A DNA stretch of 64,000 nucleotides from Spartobacteria bacterium (GCA_947487385.1 CANKWU010000001.1:75576-139575); one strand, 5' to 3'. Shown: positions 8,509 through 19,437, numbered from the stretch's first letter. Numbers and translations are program-made. Notes: generated by a model not told the origin, from the sequence alone.

Positions 8509-10443
8509 TCAGATTGTTTCCTCTTCCACAGCAGGAAGTGAAGCCGAGAGTGTCTCCCATTCCTCCATCACAGAGCTGAGGCGTTCCTGAAGCCCGGCCA
8601 GTTCGCGGTTAAGCTCAAAGGCTTTTCCCTCAGAATTTTCGAGTTCCAAGACCAATTCCCGTTGCCGGGCTTCCAGTCTGGTGATGTTCTCCTCTGCGGT
8701 TTTGAGGCGCGCTTGCTTCTCGCGGATGATTTTATTGGCCGCTTTTCTGGCCTCGGCTTCGGCGCGGCGCTGTTCCTTAATCTCCTTGAGGCCCATCTTT
8801 ACACGTGGTGCAGCATCCTGGGTTCCGCAAGTCTCGGGACGGTAATCTCCCGGCGCGACAAGTGCAGCCCGCTCGGAGAGAGAGCCTGATTTTTCCAGAT
8901 AGTACTGATAATCACCCGAATAGGAGGTAAGCTTCCCTGCGCTGATATGAAGGACTGTGGTGGCCAGGGCCCTAATGAAGTGCACGTCGTGGCTGACAAA
9001 GAGGAGTGTTCCCTCGTATTGACTCAGTGCACCGATTAGTGCATCGATGCTCGGCATGTCAAGGTGGGTTGTCGGCTCGTCCAGGAGCAGGAGATTGGGC
9101 GGATTGAGGAGCAGCTTCACCAGAGCCAGGCGGCTCTTTTCTCCTCCGCTGAGCACCCCTACGGGCTTGAAGACATCGTCCCCACGGAAAAGGAAGGATC
9201 CCAGAATGGTACGGACAGTTTGTTCCGGAACCGGAGTCTGAGTATCCATCGCCTCGGCAAGGACGGTCCTCCTCACATCCAACATCTCGGTGCGGTGCTG
9301 GGCGAAGTAGCCGATCGAGAGGTTGTGGCCCGGAGTGACGATGCCGGCTTCCAGTGGGAGCATCCCTGCCAGGATCTTGAGCATGGTGGATTTGCCGGCA
9401 CCGTTCGGTCCCACGAGAACAGTCCGCTGCCCCTTCTCGACTTCCAGGTCGAGGTGGGCATAGACGACATGAGAGCCATAAGCCTGTTTTACTCCTTCCA
9501 GTGTGATCACTCGCTGGCCGCTCCGCTTTGGCTGCGGGAAGGAGAAGGAGACCGTCGCCTCGTCGCGTTCAGGAGCCTCGATTTTTTCCATACGCGCCAG
9601 TTGCTTGATTCGGTCCTGGGCCTGGGAAGCCTTGCTCGCCTTGGCACGGAAGCGATCGATGAAGCGCTGGAGTTCCGCTATCTCACGCTGTTGGTTCTTG
9701 TAAGCTGCCAACTGCTGCTCTTCACGGGCGGCCTTTTGGGCCAGGTAATCGTCGTAGTTCCCCCGGTAGCGGTTCAGCTTGCGATTGCGGATTTCAAGGA
9801 TGCCGATGCAGATTTCATTCAGGAACTCACGGTCGTGGGAGATGGCTAGGATGGCCCCGGGATATTTTGAAAGGTAGCTTTGGAACCATCCGAGTGACTC
9901 AAGATCGAGGTGGTTCGTCGGCTCATCGAGCATGAGGATATCAGGTTCCATGACCAGAAGGCGGGCCAGATGAGCTCGCATGATCCAGCCGCCGCTGAGT
10001 GTGCGTGCCGGCTTGTTCACATCCCCTTCGCGGAAGGCGAGACCACTCAAGATCCGCTTTGCCTTGACCTGAAGTGAGTGGCCATCGAGTTCAACGAAAC
10101 GTCCCGCTCCCTCATGGTGAAGGGGATCCTCCTCGGTGTGCTCCCTCATCTGCCGCTGGGCCTCCTCCATCTCGGAGGAAATATTGGTGGCAAGTTCCAG
10201 AACGGTCTCATCTCCCGATGGGGCGCTCTCCTGCGGCAGGAATCCGATAGTGACGCTTCTCTCTAGGGCCACGGTTCCAGAGTCGGGGGCAGCCTCTTTT
10301 AGAATCAGCGAGAAAAGCGTCGATTTGCCCGCTCCATTGGCCCCGATGAGCCCAACGCGGTCTCCTCGGTTAATCTGCAGTGAAGCCTCCTCGAAGAGGG
10401 CTCGCCCGCCATAGGATTTGGAAAGACCGGAAGCTGTCAGCAT
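8509..10443 (-). CDS. ABC-F family ATPase (Uup-like, no membrane domain)
   Basis: Two ABC cassettes (GANGAGKST / LSGGW..DEPTNHLD and GPNGAGKST / LSGGEKSRL..DEPTTHLD), an interdomain linker and a C-terminal coiled coil. Confidence 0.9.
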   Translation of the reverse strand: MLTASGLSKSYGGRALFEEASLQINRGDRVGLIGANGAGKSTLFSLILKEAAPDSGTVALERSVTIGFLPQESAPSGDETVLELATNISSEMEEAQRQMREHTEEDPLHHEGAGRFVELDGHSLQVKAKRILSGLAFREGDVNKPARTLSGGWIMRAHLARLLVMEPDILMLDEPTNHLDLESLGWFQSYLSKYPGAILAISHDREFLNEICIGILEIRNRKLNRYRGNYDDYLAQKAAREEQQLAAYKNQQREIAELQRFIDRFRAKASKASQAQDRIKQLARMEKIEAPERDEATVSFSFPQPKRSGQRVITLEGVKQAYGSHVVYAHLDLEVEKGQRTVLVGPNGAGKSTMLKILAGMLPLEAGIVTPGHNLSIGYFAQHRTEMLDVRRTVLAEAMDTQTPVPEQTVRTILGSFLFRGDDVFKPVGVLSGGEKSRLALVKLLLNPPNLLLLDEPTTHLDMPSIDALIGALSQYEGTLLFVSHDVHFIRALATTVLHISAGKLTSYSGDYQYYLEKSGSLSERAALVAPGDYRPETCGTQDAAPRVKMGLKEIKEQRRAEAEARKAANKIIREKQARLKTAEENITRLEARQRELVLELENSEGKAFELNRELAGLQERLSSVMEEWETLSASLPAVEEETI

Positions 10444-10584
10444 GATAGAATGAAATAGAGGAAAAAAACGATGGCCTTAAAGGCTATCTTCTTCGACGAG
10501 CTCGAGCAAAATAAGATTTCTCAACTCATTGCTGTCTCGGATATCGGATCGCAATCTCTTCAGGTTTTCTGCCATTATTCCCTG

Positions 10585-11373
10585 ATGCCTTGGATCGAAC
10601 TGATTTCCCTGCTGGCTGCTGCCTGCCTTGCGGGAGTGATCAACGCTATTGCCGGAGGAGGCACCCTCATTACTTTCCCGGTTCTGATCCTCTTCGGCAT
10701 GAATCCCGTAGAAGCAAACGCCACGAGCACCCTCTCGCTTGTAATCGGCACTTCAGGGAGTATCTACGGCTTCAGACAGCATCTCTCTGAGATCAGGCCC
10801 TGGCTTGCCTCCTTTATCCCGGTAAGTATTGTCGGCGGCTTACTCGGCAGTTTCCTGCTGACTCATGGAAGCGAAAGCTCCTTTGCCCGGTTGGTTCCCT
10901 ATCTGGTGCTCTTCGCGACAGTGCTCTTTATGATCCAAGGCGTGGTGAGCAGACGGGTTGCCCATCAACTCGTGATGGAGGCGACGCAACCCCAGCCTCT
11001 TCCATCAGGAATAAGACATCTAATTATTGCCATGCCCTTCCAGCTTCTGGTCTCGGTCTATGGAGGATACTTCGGGGCAGGGATCGGAATTCTGATGTTG
11101 GCGACACTCGGCTTTCTCGGCTTTTCAAACATTCATCAGATGAACACGCTGAAGAATGTCCTCGGTTCCCTGATCAATCTGGTCGCTGCAATCTGGTTTA
11201 CAGCGAATGGCCTGATCGACTGGCCTCGTATGGCCGTGATGACTGTGGGTGCTATCGCCGGATATTATCTCGGAGCCACCTATTCCCAGCGCCTTTCGCA
11301 AGAGAAGGTACGATATCTCATCACGGCAATCGGCTTGATAATCACTATCGCGATGTTCTGGAAGCTGCGTTAG
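10585..11373 (+). CDS. TauE/SafE family sulfite-exporter-like membrane protein
   Basis: Polytopic protein with AGVINAIAGGGTLITFPVL and a second half GGYFGAGIGILML. Start trimmed to the ATG at 10585, which leaves a plausible divergent promoter gap. The ATG at 10471 is an alternative start. Confidence 0.75.
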   Translation: MPWIELISLLAAACLAGVINAIAGGGTLITFPVLILFGMNPVEANATSTLSLVIGTSGSIYGFRQHLSEIRPWLASFIPVSIVGGLLGSFLLTHGSESSFARLVPYLVLFATVLFMIQGVVSRRVAHQLVMEATQPQPLPSGIRHLIIAMPFQLLVSVYGGYFGAGIGILMLATLGFLGFSNIHQMNTLKNVLGSLINLVAAIWFTANGLIDWPRMAVMTVGAIAGYYLGATYSQRLSQEKVRYLITAIGLIITIAMFWKLR

Positions 11374-12050
11374 GAAACAAAAGGGGCTACGTCTCTTGCG
11401 AGCAGTCTGGCGATAAGAATGTTAACAGTCTTGATCAGGTAGAAGACGACTAGGAGCACTAGAAAAAATAATAGGGTCATCTCTTGCGGTTTAGGATCAA
11501 GGGCGTCACGGAGAGCCTGATTCATGAGGTGCTCGGGATTGGTGACCACATCCCAGCTATTGAGTCTGTCAATGCGCCCCAGGTAGATTCCGAAAGCACT
11601 GAGAGATATCATCAGGATTTCAAGCGGGAAGATAAGCCATCCCCAGTGATGCCTCCGAAGCGTCCTGCCCCAGAGCATCATCGAAATCACAAAGCACTGC
11701 ATACCGATCAAAAAATAGAAAAAATATTCCAGGAGAAGGAGACTCATTGCCCAAATTGGCAACGGTGGAGAGACGCGAACCTTGGCGACGAAGTGAATAA
11801 CATCCGTGAGTACATAGGGGGCGTTCGGCAGGAACAAGACCATGGTGGCGAGTAGCGGCCACCAGAGAATCGCTGGAAAACTGCTTTTTTTTTGGAAGAT
11901 AAGAAGAGCAATTCCTAGAGGAATGAGCGCCAGAAAAAGATCGAGACCCATGTGGAATTGAGGTCGGATGATGGCAATGGCCTGTTCGAATGACTGCTGA
12001 ATAAGTGCATGGATCTCGTGGAGTGGTAGGGGGAGGGTTGTTGTGGGCAT
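11370..12050 (-). CDS. DUF1361 family membrane protein
   Basis: LPNAPYVLTDVIH and GRIDRLNSWDV motifs within a multi-TM protein. The gene contains an in-frame A9 tract (11885-11893). Confidence 0.65.
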   Translation of the reverse strand: MPTTTLPLPLHEIHALIQQSFEQAIAIIRPQFHMGLDLFLALIPLGIALLIFQKKSSFPAILWWPLLATMVLFLPNAPYVLTDVIHFVAKVRVSPPLPIWAMSLLLLEYFFYFLIGMQCFVISMMLWGRTLRRHHWGWLIFPLEILMISLSAFGIYLGRIDRLNSWDVVTNPEHLMNQALRDALDPKPQEMTLLFFLVLLVVFYLIKTVNILIARLLARDVAPFVS

Positions 12051-12078
12051 TGTTGGGAAAAATTAAAGGTTTTGATGA

Positions 12079-12993
12079 TCACAGATCCAGCGGTTCGACA
12101 AAGGCCTTGGGCCTCGGCTCGTAGAAAGCGGAGGCGGCGGTCACAGTGGCTCTTCGGAGTTTTGGAAGTTCCTCTTCCAGCATGGTGATCAAGCGTGCCG
12201 CTGCCTTGTTTTCCGGGCCTTGGCGGAGGGTCCCTGCAAGTAGGGTGAAATCCCGTTCCTTTCCAGCGAGTTCTCCCAAGAGACCGAGTTCATGGATCAG
12301 ATCGGCACCCTGCTCAGGCCAGAAGTGGGAGGTGATCCGAATGGAGTACCAGAGCTGCTTTACTGTTTTTCGGAAGTTATGGAAAATTTCTGGATCGTCA
12401 TTGAGCTGGCAGAGGTCGAGCAGGGAGCGTCCCCTGCGGTAGATACGTCGCACACGACGGCGCACATCTTTTCCCTGAAGAGGATCCAGCGTCCATGAAC
12501 TCACGGATCGGAGTGCCTCCTCAAGGAATCCCCTCACTCTGGGGATTTGACGGACATCATTAATCCGGCGCTGTTTGGCAATATCGGCAAGCCCTCCCCT
12601 CAATGAGGAAAAGTCTTCGGGCATCAGCCCTTCATTCTCCAGGAGGAGATCCAGCGTCTCCACCTGCACTTCGGAGTCACGAAGCGGCCCAAGTCTCTTC
12701 ATGGCGTCATGAAGAAGATCCGAGACCAGACTTCGATGGATGCTTCCCAGGGCAGGGGAGGCGAGCTGGATGATGGCTCTGACTTTTTTGATGGCGGTCC
12801 GAGCCTCATGCACTGGCTCGGGGGAGACATTATTCCCATCAAGTTGACTGCGTGCCGCTTCAAGATGGAGGTGAGCGATTGTTTTCAGTTCTTTTCCGAT
12901 CGGTTTGTCGCGCCTGAAATGAAGACGCGGTTTTTTACGTCTGACCGGTGTCTTGTGCGCCCGTCCCAAAATAGGTTTTTTCCGTGTGCTCAT
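12079..12993 (-). CDS. CHAD domain protein
   Basis: Helical, basic, about 300 aa, with VHEARTAIKKVRA.. and ..FRKTVKQLWY.. patterns. It lies directly downstream of a CYTH gene, which is the classic pairing. Confidence 0.7.
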   Translation of the reverse strand: MSTRKKPILGRAHKTPVRRKKPRLHFRRDKPIGKELKTIAHLHLEAARSQLDGNNVSPEPVHEARTAIKKVRAIIQLASPALGSIHRSLVSDLLHDAMKRLGPLRDSEVQVETLDLLLENEGLMPEDFSSLRGGLADIAKQRRINDVRQIPRVRGFLEEALRSVSSWTLDPLQGKDVRRRVRRIYRRGRSLLDLCQLNDDPEIFHNFRKTVKQLWYSIRITSHFWPEQGADLIHELGLLGELAGKERDFTLLAGTLRQGPENKAAARLITMLEEELPKLRRATVTAASAFYEPRPKAFVEPLDL

Positions 12994-12999
12994 CGCTGA

Positions 13000-13485
13000 T
13001 CAGGTTTCTTCTCCCTGCCATGCCCGGAAGGGGTGGACGGCCAGGCTTGAGTTGTAATAACGGCGATCACCGGTCACTTCCTTGCCGACCCATTCGGGCA
13101 TCGGAACTTCCTGCTCTTCGTTCTTGAGTTCGATTTCCGCAATGGTGAGGCCTTCGTTGTCTCCGTGGAAAACATCAACCTCCCAGACATGACCCTCGTG
13201 CGGAATGAGATGGCGCGTTTTCTCGACCAGCGGTCCATCGCATAGCGGAAGCATTGCGTGCGCATCCTCAAGCGGAATTGCATATTCGAATTCCGGACGG
13301 GAAATCCCCTGAACCTCCCCCTTGATCGTGATGAAGGCTTTATGACCAGCAATCCGGACACGCACGGTGCGCCCCCGTGCCCGGGAGAGATATCCCTGCA
13401 GATACGGAATGCCCTCGAACTTCATCAGCCAACGGTCATCAATATCCTCGCGGATAAGGAACTTGCGTTCGATTTCGACTCCCAT
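13000..13485 (-). CDS. CYTH domain protein (triphosphate tunnel metalloenzyme)
   Basis: N-terminal EIERKFL signature, 161 aa, with downstream acidic/basic strand pattern (..VRVRI.., ..WEVDVF.., ..IAEIEL..). Confidence 0.85.
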   Translation of the reverse strand: MGVEIERKFLIREDIDDRWLMKFEGIPYLQGYLSRARGRTVRVRIAGHKAFITIKGEVQGISRPEFEYAIPLEDAHAMLPLCDGPLVEKTRHLIPHEGHVWEVDVFHGDNEGLTIAEIELKNEEQEVPMPEWVGKEVTGDRRYYNSSLAVHPFRAWQGEET

Positions 13486-13761
13486 AGGGCTAGATTTGTC
13501 ATGATTGGCGTGAAACGCAAGGGGCTGGAGAAGGCTTTACAGTTCCCATGTGAGAAATCGGGTGACCAGAGGCTCACCCCATCGGCTTTCTTTTTCGGAT
13601 ATTCCCTCTTCGGTTTTCTCAGAGTCCGGATCACTCACTTCTTCACAGGGCGTCTCTCTTCATTCTTGGGGAACGCTGAATCGTATGATAAAAAAATTTA
13701 CGAGTTTTTCTTAACGCTTCGTTTTGTCATTCCTGTCTACTTGCTCTATTACAGATTCAAC

Positions 13762-14535
13762 ATGCCTGAAAACGAAACACCCATTCTTCAAGTCAAAGAG
13801 CTGCGCAAGAGCTACGGTGACGTGAGCGTGCTCAAGGGGGTGGGTTTTGACGTGGAGGAGGGCGATCTCGTCTCCATCATTGGGCCCAGCGGTTGCGGTA
13901 AGTCGACCCTGCTGCGCTGCCTCAATGCGCTGGAGATCATGGATTCTGGAACGATTTCCGTGGCAGGAGTTACCTTGCGCCGCTCCGAGGGGGAGGCGAG
14001 GGTCGATCCGAGATTTCATAATCTGGCCCACGAGCTTCGGCAACGCGTCGGCATGGTCTTTCAGCAGTTCAATCTTTTCCCCAACAAGAGCATCCTCGAG
14101 AATGTAATGCTGGCTCCGTTGGTGGTTAAGGAAGAACCCCGTGAGGTGGCTGAGGAAAATGCCCTGCGCCAACTCGAAAAAGTTGGTTTGGGAGGATTTG
14201 CCAAACGCTTTCCTGCCCAGCTCTCCGGCGGTCAGCAGCAGAGGGCTGCGATCGCGCGCGCCTTGGCGATGAATCCGAAGGTAATGCTCTACGACGAGCC
14301 CACCTCGGCGCTCGATCCGATGCTTGTTGACGAGGTGCTCGCGGTCATGAAGGCACTTGATGCCGAGGGAATGACCCAGATCGTGGTGACTCATGAAATC
14401 CGTTTTGCCAGGGATGCCTCCGATTACATCATTTACATGGAGCAGGGTGAGATCGTGGAACTCTCCGACGAAGACGAGATCTTCACTAACCCCAAAGACG
14501 AGCGTACACGCCGGTTTCTCCACCGATTTTTATGA
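13762..14535 (+). CDS. polar amino-acid ABC transporter ATP-binding protein (GlnQ-like)
   Basis: Start trimmed to the ATG at 13762 ([11 protein letters not shown]..), because the longer track ORF is antisense to the CYTH gene. Motifs are [24 protein letters not shown] and [11 protein letters not shown]. Confidence 0.92.
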   Translation: MPENETPILQVKELRKSYGDVSVLKGVGFDVEEGDLVSIIGPSGCGKSTLLRCLNALEIMDSGTISVAGVTLRRSEGEARVDPRFHNLAHELRQRVGMVFQQFNLFPNKSILENVMLAPLVVKEEPREVAEENALRQLEKVGLGGFAKRFPAQLSGGQQQRAAIARALAMNPKVMLYDEPTSALDPMLVDEVLAVMKALDAEGMTQIVVTHEIRFARDASDYIIYMEQGEIVELSDEDEIFTNPKDERTRRFLHRFL

Positions 14536-16088
14536 TGAAGGGACTACGTTTTCTACCACTTTTGATTCTGGCAGTTGGCCGGCTTCATGCGATGGATCCG
14601 GCTCCTAAAGCCGCCAAGGGGGACCATGAGGAATTGCGTTGGGCAGCCGCCGTTGACAGTAATGCTCCGTTTGCCTTTTACGATAAGAACAACCGCCTGA
14701 CCGGATTCGAGTACGAGATCATCGAGGGAATCGCCCGTCACATGGCGCGAGAGCCGAAATTTATCCAGAACAGTTGGGACGGTCTGATTCCAGGTCTTGG
14801 ACGCGGACTTTATGACTGCGTCATCTGTGGTATCGAGATCACTGCAGAGAAGGGGCAGGAGGTCCTCTTCAGCAATCCCTACTACATCACCTTTGAGCAA
14901 CTGGTGGTTGGGAAAGGGACGCCCCCTGTCACCTCGCTGACAGAGCTCTCTGGACGCAAGGTCGGCACCCTAGAGCAGACTGCTGCTCTCCGCATGCTCC
15001 AAGAGACCCCTAATGTGGTGGTGAAGAGCTATGCCGAAGAAGTCAATGCCTACCACGATGTCGCCAACGGGCGCCTCTACGCAGTGCTTCTCGACTTTCC
15101 GATCGCTAAATATTATGCCGCTCCAGACCCCGCGCTCGAATTCACGGGCCCTCCGATCGGTAAGATCACTTATGGAATCGCTGTCTCGCGTAGCCGTCCC
15201 GAGTTGGTTCAACAGATCAATACGGCACTCGGGGAGATGGTGTCCAGTGGTGAACTCCGCGATATTCTCTCCCGTTGGGGACTCTGGACCCCAACCATGG
15301 CAACAGCCCTGAATCAGTCCGCAGAACCCTCCCTTCCTGACACGGAGTTCAAGGCCTTCGCATCTCAGTTTGATCAGGAGGGTGGCATTATTGCCCGTCT
15401 CAAGCGCTACTTCGTCTACTGGCCGGTCATCCTGCAGGGGTGCATTCTGACCCTTGAGATTTCCTTGCTAAGTATGGCGATTGCTATCGCAGTCGGATTT
15501 CTGCTCGCTCTTATCCGCGTGTATGGCCCCTTCCCGATGCGGCAACTTTCTATTTTATATATTGAGATTGTCCGGGGGACCCCCTTGCTCGTTCAGCTCC
15601 TGATCCTTTTTTACGGACTTCCCTATGTCGGGATAAAGCTGGAGCCCTTCATTGCTGGCATGTTGGGACTTGGATTGAACTATGCAGCGTACGAGGCGGA
15701 GAATTACCGCGCCGGACTACTGGCCATTCCTAAGGGGCAGATGGAGGCCGCCCGTGCACTCGGAATGAGTCATCAGCAAGGGCTTCGGCATGTGGTCATC
15801 CCTCAGGCATTCCGACTTGTGCTGCCCCCTGTCACCAACGACTTCATCTCCCTGCTCAAGGATTCCTCCCTGGTGTCCGCAGTGACCCTCATTGATCTCA
15901 CCGGAGCTTACACCAGAATTGCCACCCAGACATTTGACTACTTCGGGACAGGTCTGCTGATCGCTGCAATTTATCTCTTGATCGGTCTCCCGTTTGTGCG
16001 ATTGGCAGGTTGGCTTGAAAAACGACTTTCCACCGAACGCCGTACTCCGGAGCAGAAACCTTCCTTCTGGCTTGGACTCGGTGCCTGA
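14532..16088 (+). CDS. fused periplasmic binding protein / permease of a polar amino-acid ABC transporter
   Basis: Signal peptide, then an SBP type-3 region of roughly 250 aa (..[17 protein letters not shown]..), then a permease region with the EAA-type loop (EAARALGMS..). The ATG overlaps the upstream TGA. Confidence 0.85.
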   Translation: MMKGLRFLPLLILAVGRLHAMDPAPKAAKGDHEELRWAAAVDSNAPFAFYDKNNRLTGFEYEIIEGIARHMAREPKFIQNSWDGLIPGLGRGLYDCVICGIEITAEKGQEVLFSNPYYITFEQLVVGKGTPPVTSLTELSGRKVGTLEQTAALRMLQETPNVVVKSYAEEVNAYHDVANGRLYAVLLDFPIAKYYAAPDPALEFTGPPIGKITYGIAVSRSRPELVQQINTALGEMVSSGELRDILSRWGLWTPTMATALNQSAEPSLPDTEFKAFASQFDQEGGIIARLKRYFVYWPVILQGCILTLEISLLSMAIAIAVGFLLALIRVYGPFPMRQLSILYIEIVRGTPLLVQLLILFYGLPYVGIKLEPFIAGMLGLGLNYAAYEAENYRAGLLAIPKGQMEAARALGMSHQQGLRHVVIPQAFRLVLPPVTNDFISLLKDSSLVSAVTLIDLTGAYTRIATQTFDYFGTGLLIAAIYLLIGLPFVRLAGWLEKRLSTERRTPEQKPSFWLGLGA

Positions 16089-16089
16089 A

Positions 16090-17133
16090 ATGCCTCGCGA
16101 GAGTGAGCGACTATCCTGGAGTCGCCGTGACTTTGTTACTGGACTTGGAGCCTTTTTTGCCTCCCAGCTTTTGCTTCCGAGCGTTCTGGGTGGAGTCGAG
16201 CTTCCGGCGGACTTAAAGCCGATTCGCCTTGGATTTCTGACCGACTGTCATGCCATGGATGAGCATGACGCCCCAGCGTGGCTCGACTATACGGCTGCAC
16301 TGATGAACTCCCTCAAGCCTGATCTCATTATCGGGGGAGGGGATTTTGTCCATGGGGGATTCCACTCAACAGGAAAGGTCATGGAGCATCGCTGGGGGGT
16401 GGTGGATACGTTCCTAAGAAAACTCAAGACCAGGCTGGAGCCGCTCATCGGCAACCATGACTTCTACGAACCGCTCCAGTCTGATGGCACACCTTCCCAG
16501 GGAGATCCTCGCTGGCGGTGGCGTAAATATTTCGGCTTGGAGCATACCTACCGCTCATTTCGCTGGCACGGATACCGATTCCTCATGCTGGATTCCGTGA
16601 AGGTGGTGGGTGGTCAGGATCCCTACCGTGGATGGATCGATGCGGCGCAGTTAGCCTGGTTGGACCGAGAACTCGCTACTATCCCCTCCAATGAGCCCAT
16701 CATCCTTTGCACGCATATTCCCTTCCATACCATGGTTGCAGGATCCTTCGGGCCGTTGGTCGGTCCCTCACCGGGACGAGTCCATGTCCTGAATGCAAAA
16801 CGGGTGATGGAAAAACTCCAAAATCGTCCCATTGCGGCGATTCTCCAAGGTCATGTTCATATCAACGAGAGCCTTGAGATGAATGGTATCCCATGCATCA
16901 CCGGAGGAGCAGTCTGCGGGAAGTGGTGGCAGGGTCCGAATATGGGGACCTATCCCGGGGTCGGCGTGATTGAGATCCTGCCGAATGGGTCCCAAAAGGT
17001 GGAGATCAGGCGCAAAGTCGCGTGGAATTACAGCAACACTACCGATCCGATGAATGGCAAGGTTAAGGTTGCTGATGATTCTACGATCAATTCGTGCCTA
17101 GAAACTAACGTTCGCTCAAACGGTATGGCGTAG
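16090..17133 (+). CDS. Tat-exported calcineurin-like metallophosphoesterase
   Basis: Start at the ATG at 16090. Twin-arginine signal SRRDFVTGLGAFFA. Phosphoesterase motifs are DCH, GGGDFVHGG, GNHD and GHVH. Confidence 0.8.
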   Translation: MPRESERLSWSRRDFVTGLGAFFASQLLLPSVLGGVELPADLKPIRLGFLTDCHAMDEHDAPAWLDYTAALMNSLKPDLIIGGGDFVHGGFHSTGKVMEHRWGVVDTFLRKLKTRLEPLIGNHDFYEPLQSDGTPSQGDPRWRWRKYFGLEHTYRSFRWHGYRFLMLDSVKVVGGQDPYRGWIDAAQLAWLDRELATIPSNEPIILCTHIPFHTMVAGSFGPLVGPSPGRVHVLNAKRVMEKLQNRPIAAILQGHVHINESLEMNGIPCITGGAVCGKWWQGPNMGTYPGVGVIEILPNGSQKVEIRRKVAWNYSNTTDPMNGKVKVADDSTINSCLETNVRSNGMA

Positions 17134-18237
17134 GAGAGCGATTGCGATTTCTATCACAATCAGCACGACGATTGCCACCTCAAGAAGTTCACCACGAGAA
17201 CCAGAGGCCTCGGAATACAACGCCGAATAGGTATCCCTGACGATGGAGAGTTTCCGGTCGACTGCGGCGCTTATCGTCGGTACGCGGAAGATCTCGAGTG
17301 CAGCCAGGTAAATGCGGGCTAGATAGACATCCTCTGTTACCTGAAGCACGTTATCGGCCTTCTCGGTGAGTTCCGTCACCTCGGCAACCAGTGTGTAGAG
17401 CTTGCGGGCAAGATCAGCGAAGCGTCGGGGAGCCAGGAGATTAGTTGCCCTTCGTGCCTGCTTCACGAGCTCGTACATACGTGGCAGCTCGTCATCGAGC
17501 AGTTCGTCATAGTAACGGAACTCCAGCAATTGCGCATTGGCGACTTCCAGGATATCGGAGACATCGGAATCGGTGCGGGGTTCGTAGATGAAGGCTCTGT
17601 CCCAAGTGACCACCACCAGATCATCCTCGTAATAGGAGAAACGCTGTTTCATCAGATCCTTGCGGGTCTTCTCAGAGAGTGGTCGGTTTTCGCCGGAGAG
17701 AATCGGCACGAGATCGATCAATTCCGGAAGATCGGCGCCGACAACCGGCTTGTCCCATTGCTGGACAATGGCCACGAGGTGATCCTCCTCCAAGGTCGAG
17801 TCATTGGGTCGAGTCATTGCGGGGATGAGCGAGTCTTTGATCTGTATCAGGAGATCTTTCCACGGGCCTCCCGGGGCATTCGGCCCGATGCTAGAGTCCA
17901 CCCCCTCGCAGAGGGCGGAGTATTCTTCCCAACTCAGGTCCATCGCGGGCACGCGGATGGAGAGAGCCACCACTCCGAAGTCATAGAGCCGTGCCGTGAC
18001 TGGGGCCTGATAAGTTGTCCCGGCGATCTCCAGTATCACGTGGTCCAGTGTGATGAGGACCGGGGGCACGTCGAAGGTGAGGGCCTTCGGGGGAGTAGAA
18101 CTCAGGCGGCTACGGCTGGTTGATCGGCCTCTTCCCTTCGCCCATAGGTCTTCGACCCGTTTCAGATCGATGGAGTAGGCAATATCAAAAAGACGGAGCG
18201 CAATAACGACGCCGGATTGGACTCTGAGATCAGCCAT
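17116..18237 (-). CDS. hypothetical protein, possibly RMD1/DUF155-like, with a C-terminal TM helix
   Basis: 373 aa ending in ..RGELLEVAIVVLIVIEIAIALL. The overall layout (soluble domain, helical region, terminal TM) recalls DUF155, but the match is weak and by eye only. Confidence 0.35.
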   Translation of the reverse strand: MADLRVQSGVVIALRLFDIAYSIDLKRVEDLWAKGRGRSTSRSRLSSTPPKALTFDVPPVLITLDHVILEIAGTTYQAPVTARLYDFGVVALSIRVPAMDLSWEEYSALCEGVDSSIGPNAPGGPWKDLLIQIKDSLIPAMTRPNDSTLEEDHLVAIVQQWDKPVVGADLPELIDLVPILSGENRPLSEKTRKDLMKQRFSYYEDDLVVVTWDRAFIYEPRTDSDVSDILEVANAQLLEFRYYDELLDDELPRMYELVKQARRATNLLAPRRFADLARKLYTLVAEVTELTEKADNVLQVTEDVYLARIYLAALEIFRVPTISAAVDRKLSIVRDTYSALYSEASGSRGELLEVAIVVLIVIEIAIALLRHTV

Positions 18238-18306
18238 AGCGTAAGAGTAACCGCGACCAACTAATCCAGCAACATTCCCGAGGTTTCTTCCCGGAGAGCG
18301 GGTAAC

Positions 18307-19437
18307 TTAAGCCCTCTCTTCCAGCGGAGTTACGGTCTTGCCAAGCTCAGGCCCGACATACTCGCTCAGCGGCCTGTAAAGGCGGTTGTCGACCAGCTGC
18401 TCCAGGATGTGCGCCGTCCAACCCGAGGTGCGTGAGATCGCAAAGATCGGGGTGAACATATCGGTTGGCAGGCCGAGCGAGTAGTACACGGTGGCCGAGT
18501 AGAAATCGACATTTGCATTCAGTCCCTTGCGCTCTTTCATGAGCTCGGCGATGCGCTCGGACATGCGGATCCACTTCCCTTCGCCGAGTTGCTCGCAGAG
18601 TTGGATGGCCATAGAGCGGAGGTGTGGGGCACGAGGATCGAGGGTCTTGTAGACGCGGTGACCGATACCCATGACCTTCTTCTTGGTGGCGATGGCGTTC
18701 TCAACCCATCCATCGACCTTGGTCTCCTCACTGATCTCCTGAAGCATATGGATGACTCCCTCGTTTGCGCCACCATGAAGGGGCCCCTTGAGGGTTCCGA
18801 TCGCGGAGGTGACTGCGGAGTAGATGTCGCTCAGGGTTGCGATCGTGACACGGGCTGAGAAGGTGGAGGCGTTCATGCCATGGTCGGCATGAAGGACATA
18901 GGCAACGTCGAGGGTTTTGGCAGCCTCGGCAGTGGGCTCGACGCCATTCAGGAGATAGAGGAAGTGGGCGGCCTCACCGAGATCCTTACGGACGGGAGGG
19001 AGCTCCTGACCAAGACGGGCACGATGATAATAGGCGGCAATCACTCCGATCTTGGCCGTGATTGAGACAGCTCGGTGGCGATTATTCACCGGGTCGATAT
19101 CGCCGTTCGGCACCTTGTCGTAGAGACCAAGCATGGAGACTCCTGTGCGAATCACATCCATGGGATTGGCATCTTTGGGGGAGGACTTGATGAAGTCGAT
19201 CACGCCTTGAGGCAGCTCGCGCTGTGATCCCAATTCCTCGTGAAGGGCCGCAAGTTGTGCCTTGTTCGGGAGTTCTCCTTGCCAGAGGAGGTAGACAACC
19301 TCTTCGTAGCTGACCCTGCCTGCCAGTTCGTCAATGTTGTATCCAGCGTAGATGAGGACGCCCTCTTCACCCCGCACGTCGCTGAGGGTTGTGGAGTTGG
19401 CGACGATACCTTCTAGTCCTTTGGCGATGACGGGCAT
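18307..19437 (-). CDS. citrate synthase (short, archaeal/Gram-positive type)
   Basis: MPVIAKGLEGIV..S.I.....G.L.Y.GY.I.EL, HADHG.NAST and GPLHGGANE motifs. Confidence 0.9.
   Translation of the reverse strand: MPVIAKGLEGIVANSTTLSDVRGEEGVLIYAGYNIDELAGRVSYEEVVYLLWQGELPNKAQLAALHEELGSQRELPQGVIDFIKSSPKDANPMDVIRTGVSMLGLYDKVPNGDIDPVNNRHRAVSITAKIGVIAAYYHRARLGQELPPVRKDLGEAAHFLYLLNGVEPTAEAAKTLDVAYVLHADHGMNASTFSARVTIATLSDIYSAVTSAIGTLKGPLHGGANEGVIHMLQEISEETKVDGWVENAIATKKKVMGIGHRVYKTLDPRAPHLRSMAIQLCEQLGEGKWIRMSERIAELMKERKGLNANVDFYSATVYYSLGLPTDMFTPIFAISRTSGWTAHILEQLVDNRLYRPLSEYVGPELGKTVTPLEERA

Noticed and set aside
13496-13516. Half-match to parS (GCGTGAAACGC), and another near 3386 (TGTTTCACC).
   Set aside because: Only one arm of the 16-bp palindrome is present in each case, so these are not convincing ParB sites.
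14532-16088. The fused binding-protein/permease, considered as a novelty.
   Set aside because: SBP-permease fusions are well known in polar amino-acid ABC importers (GlnPQ type), so this is not unusual.
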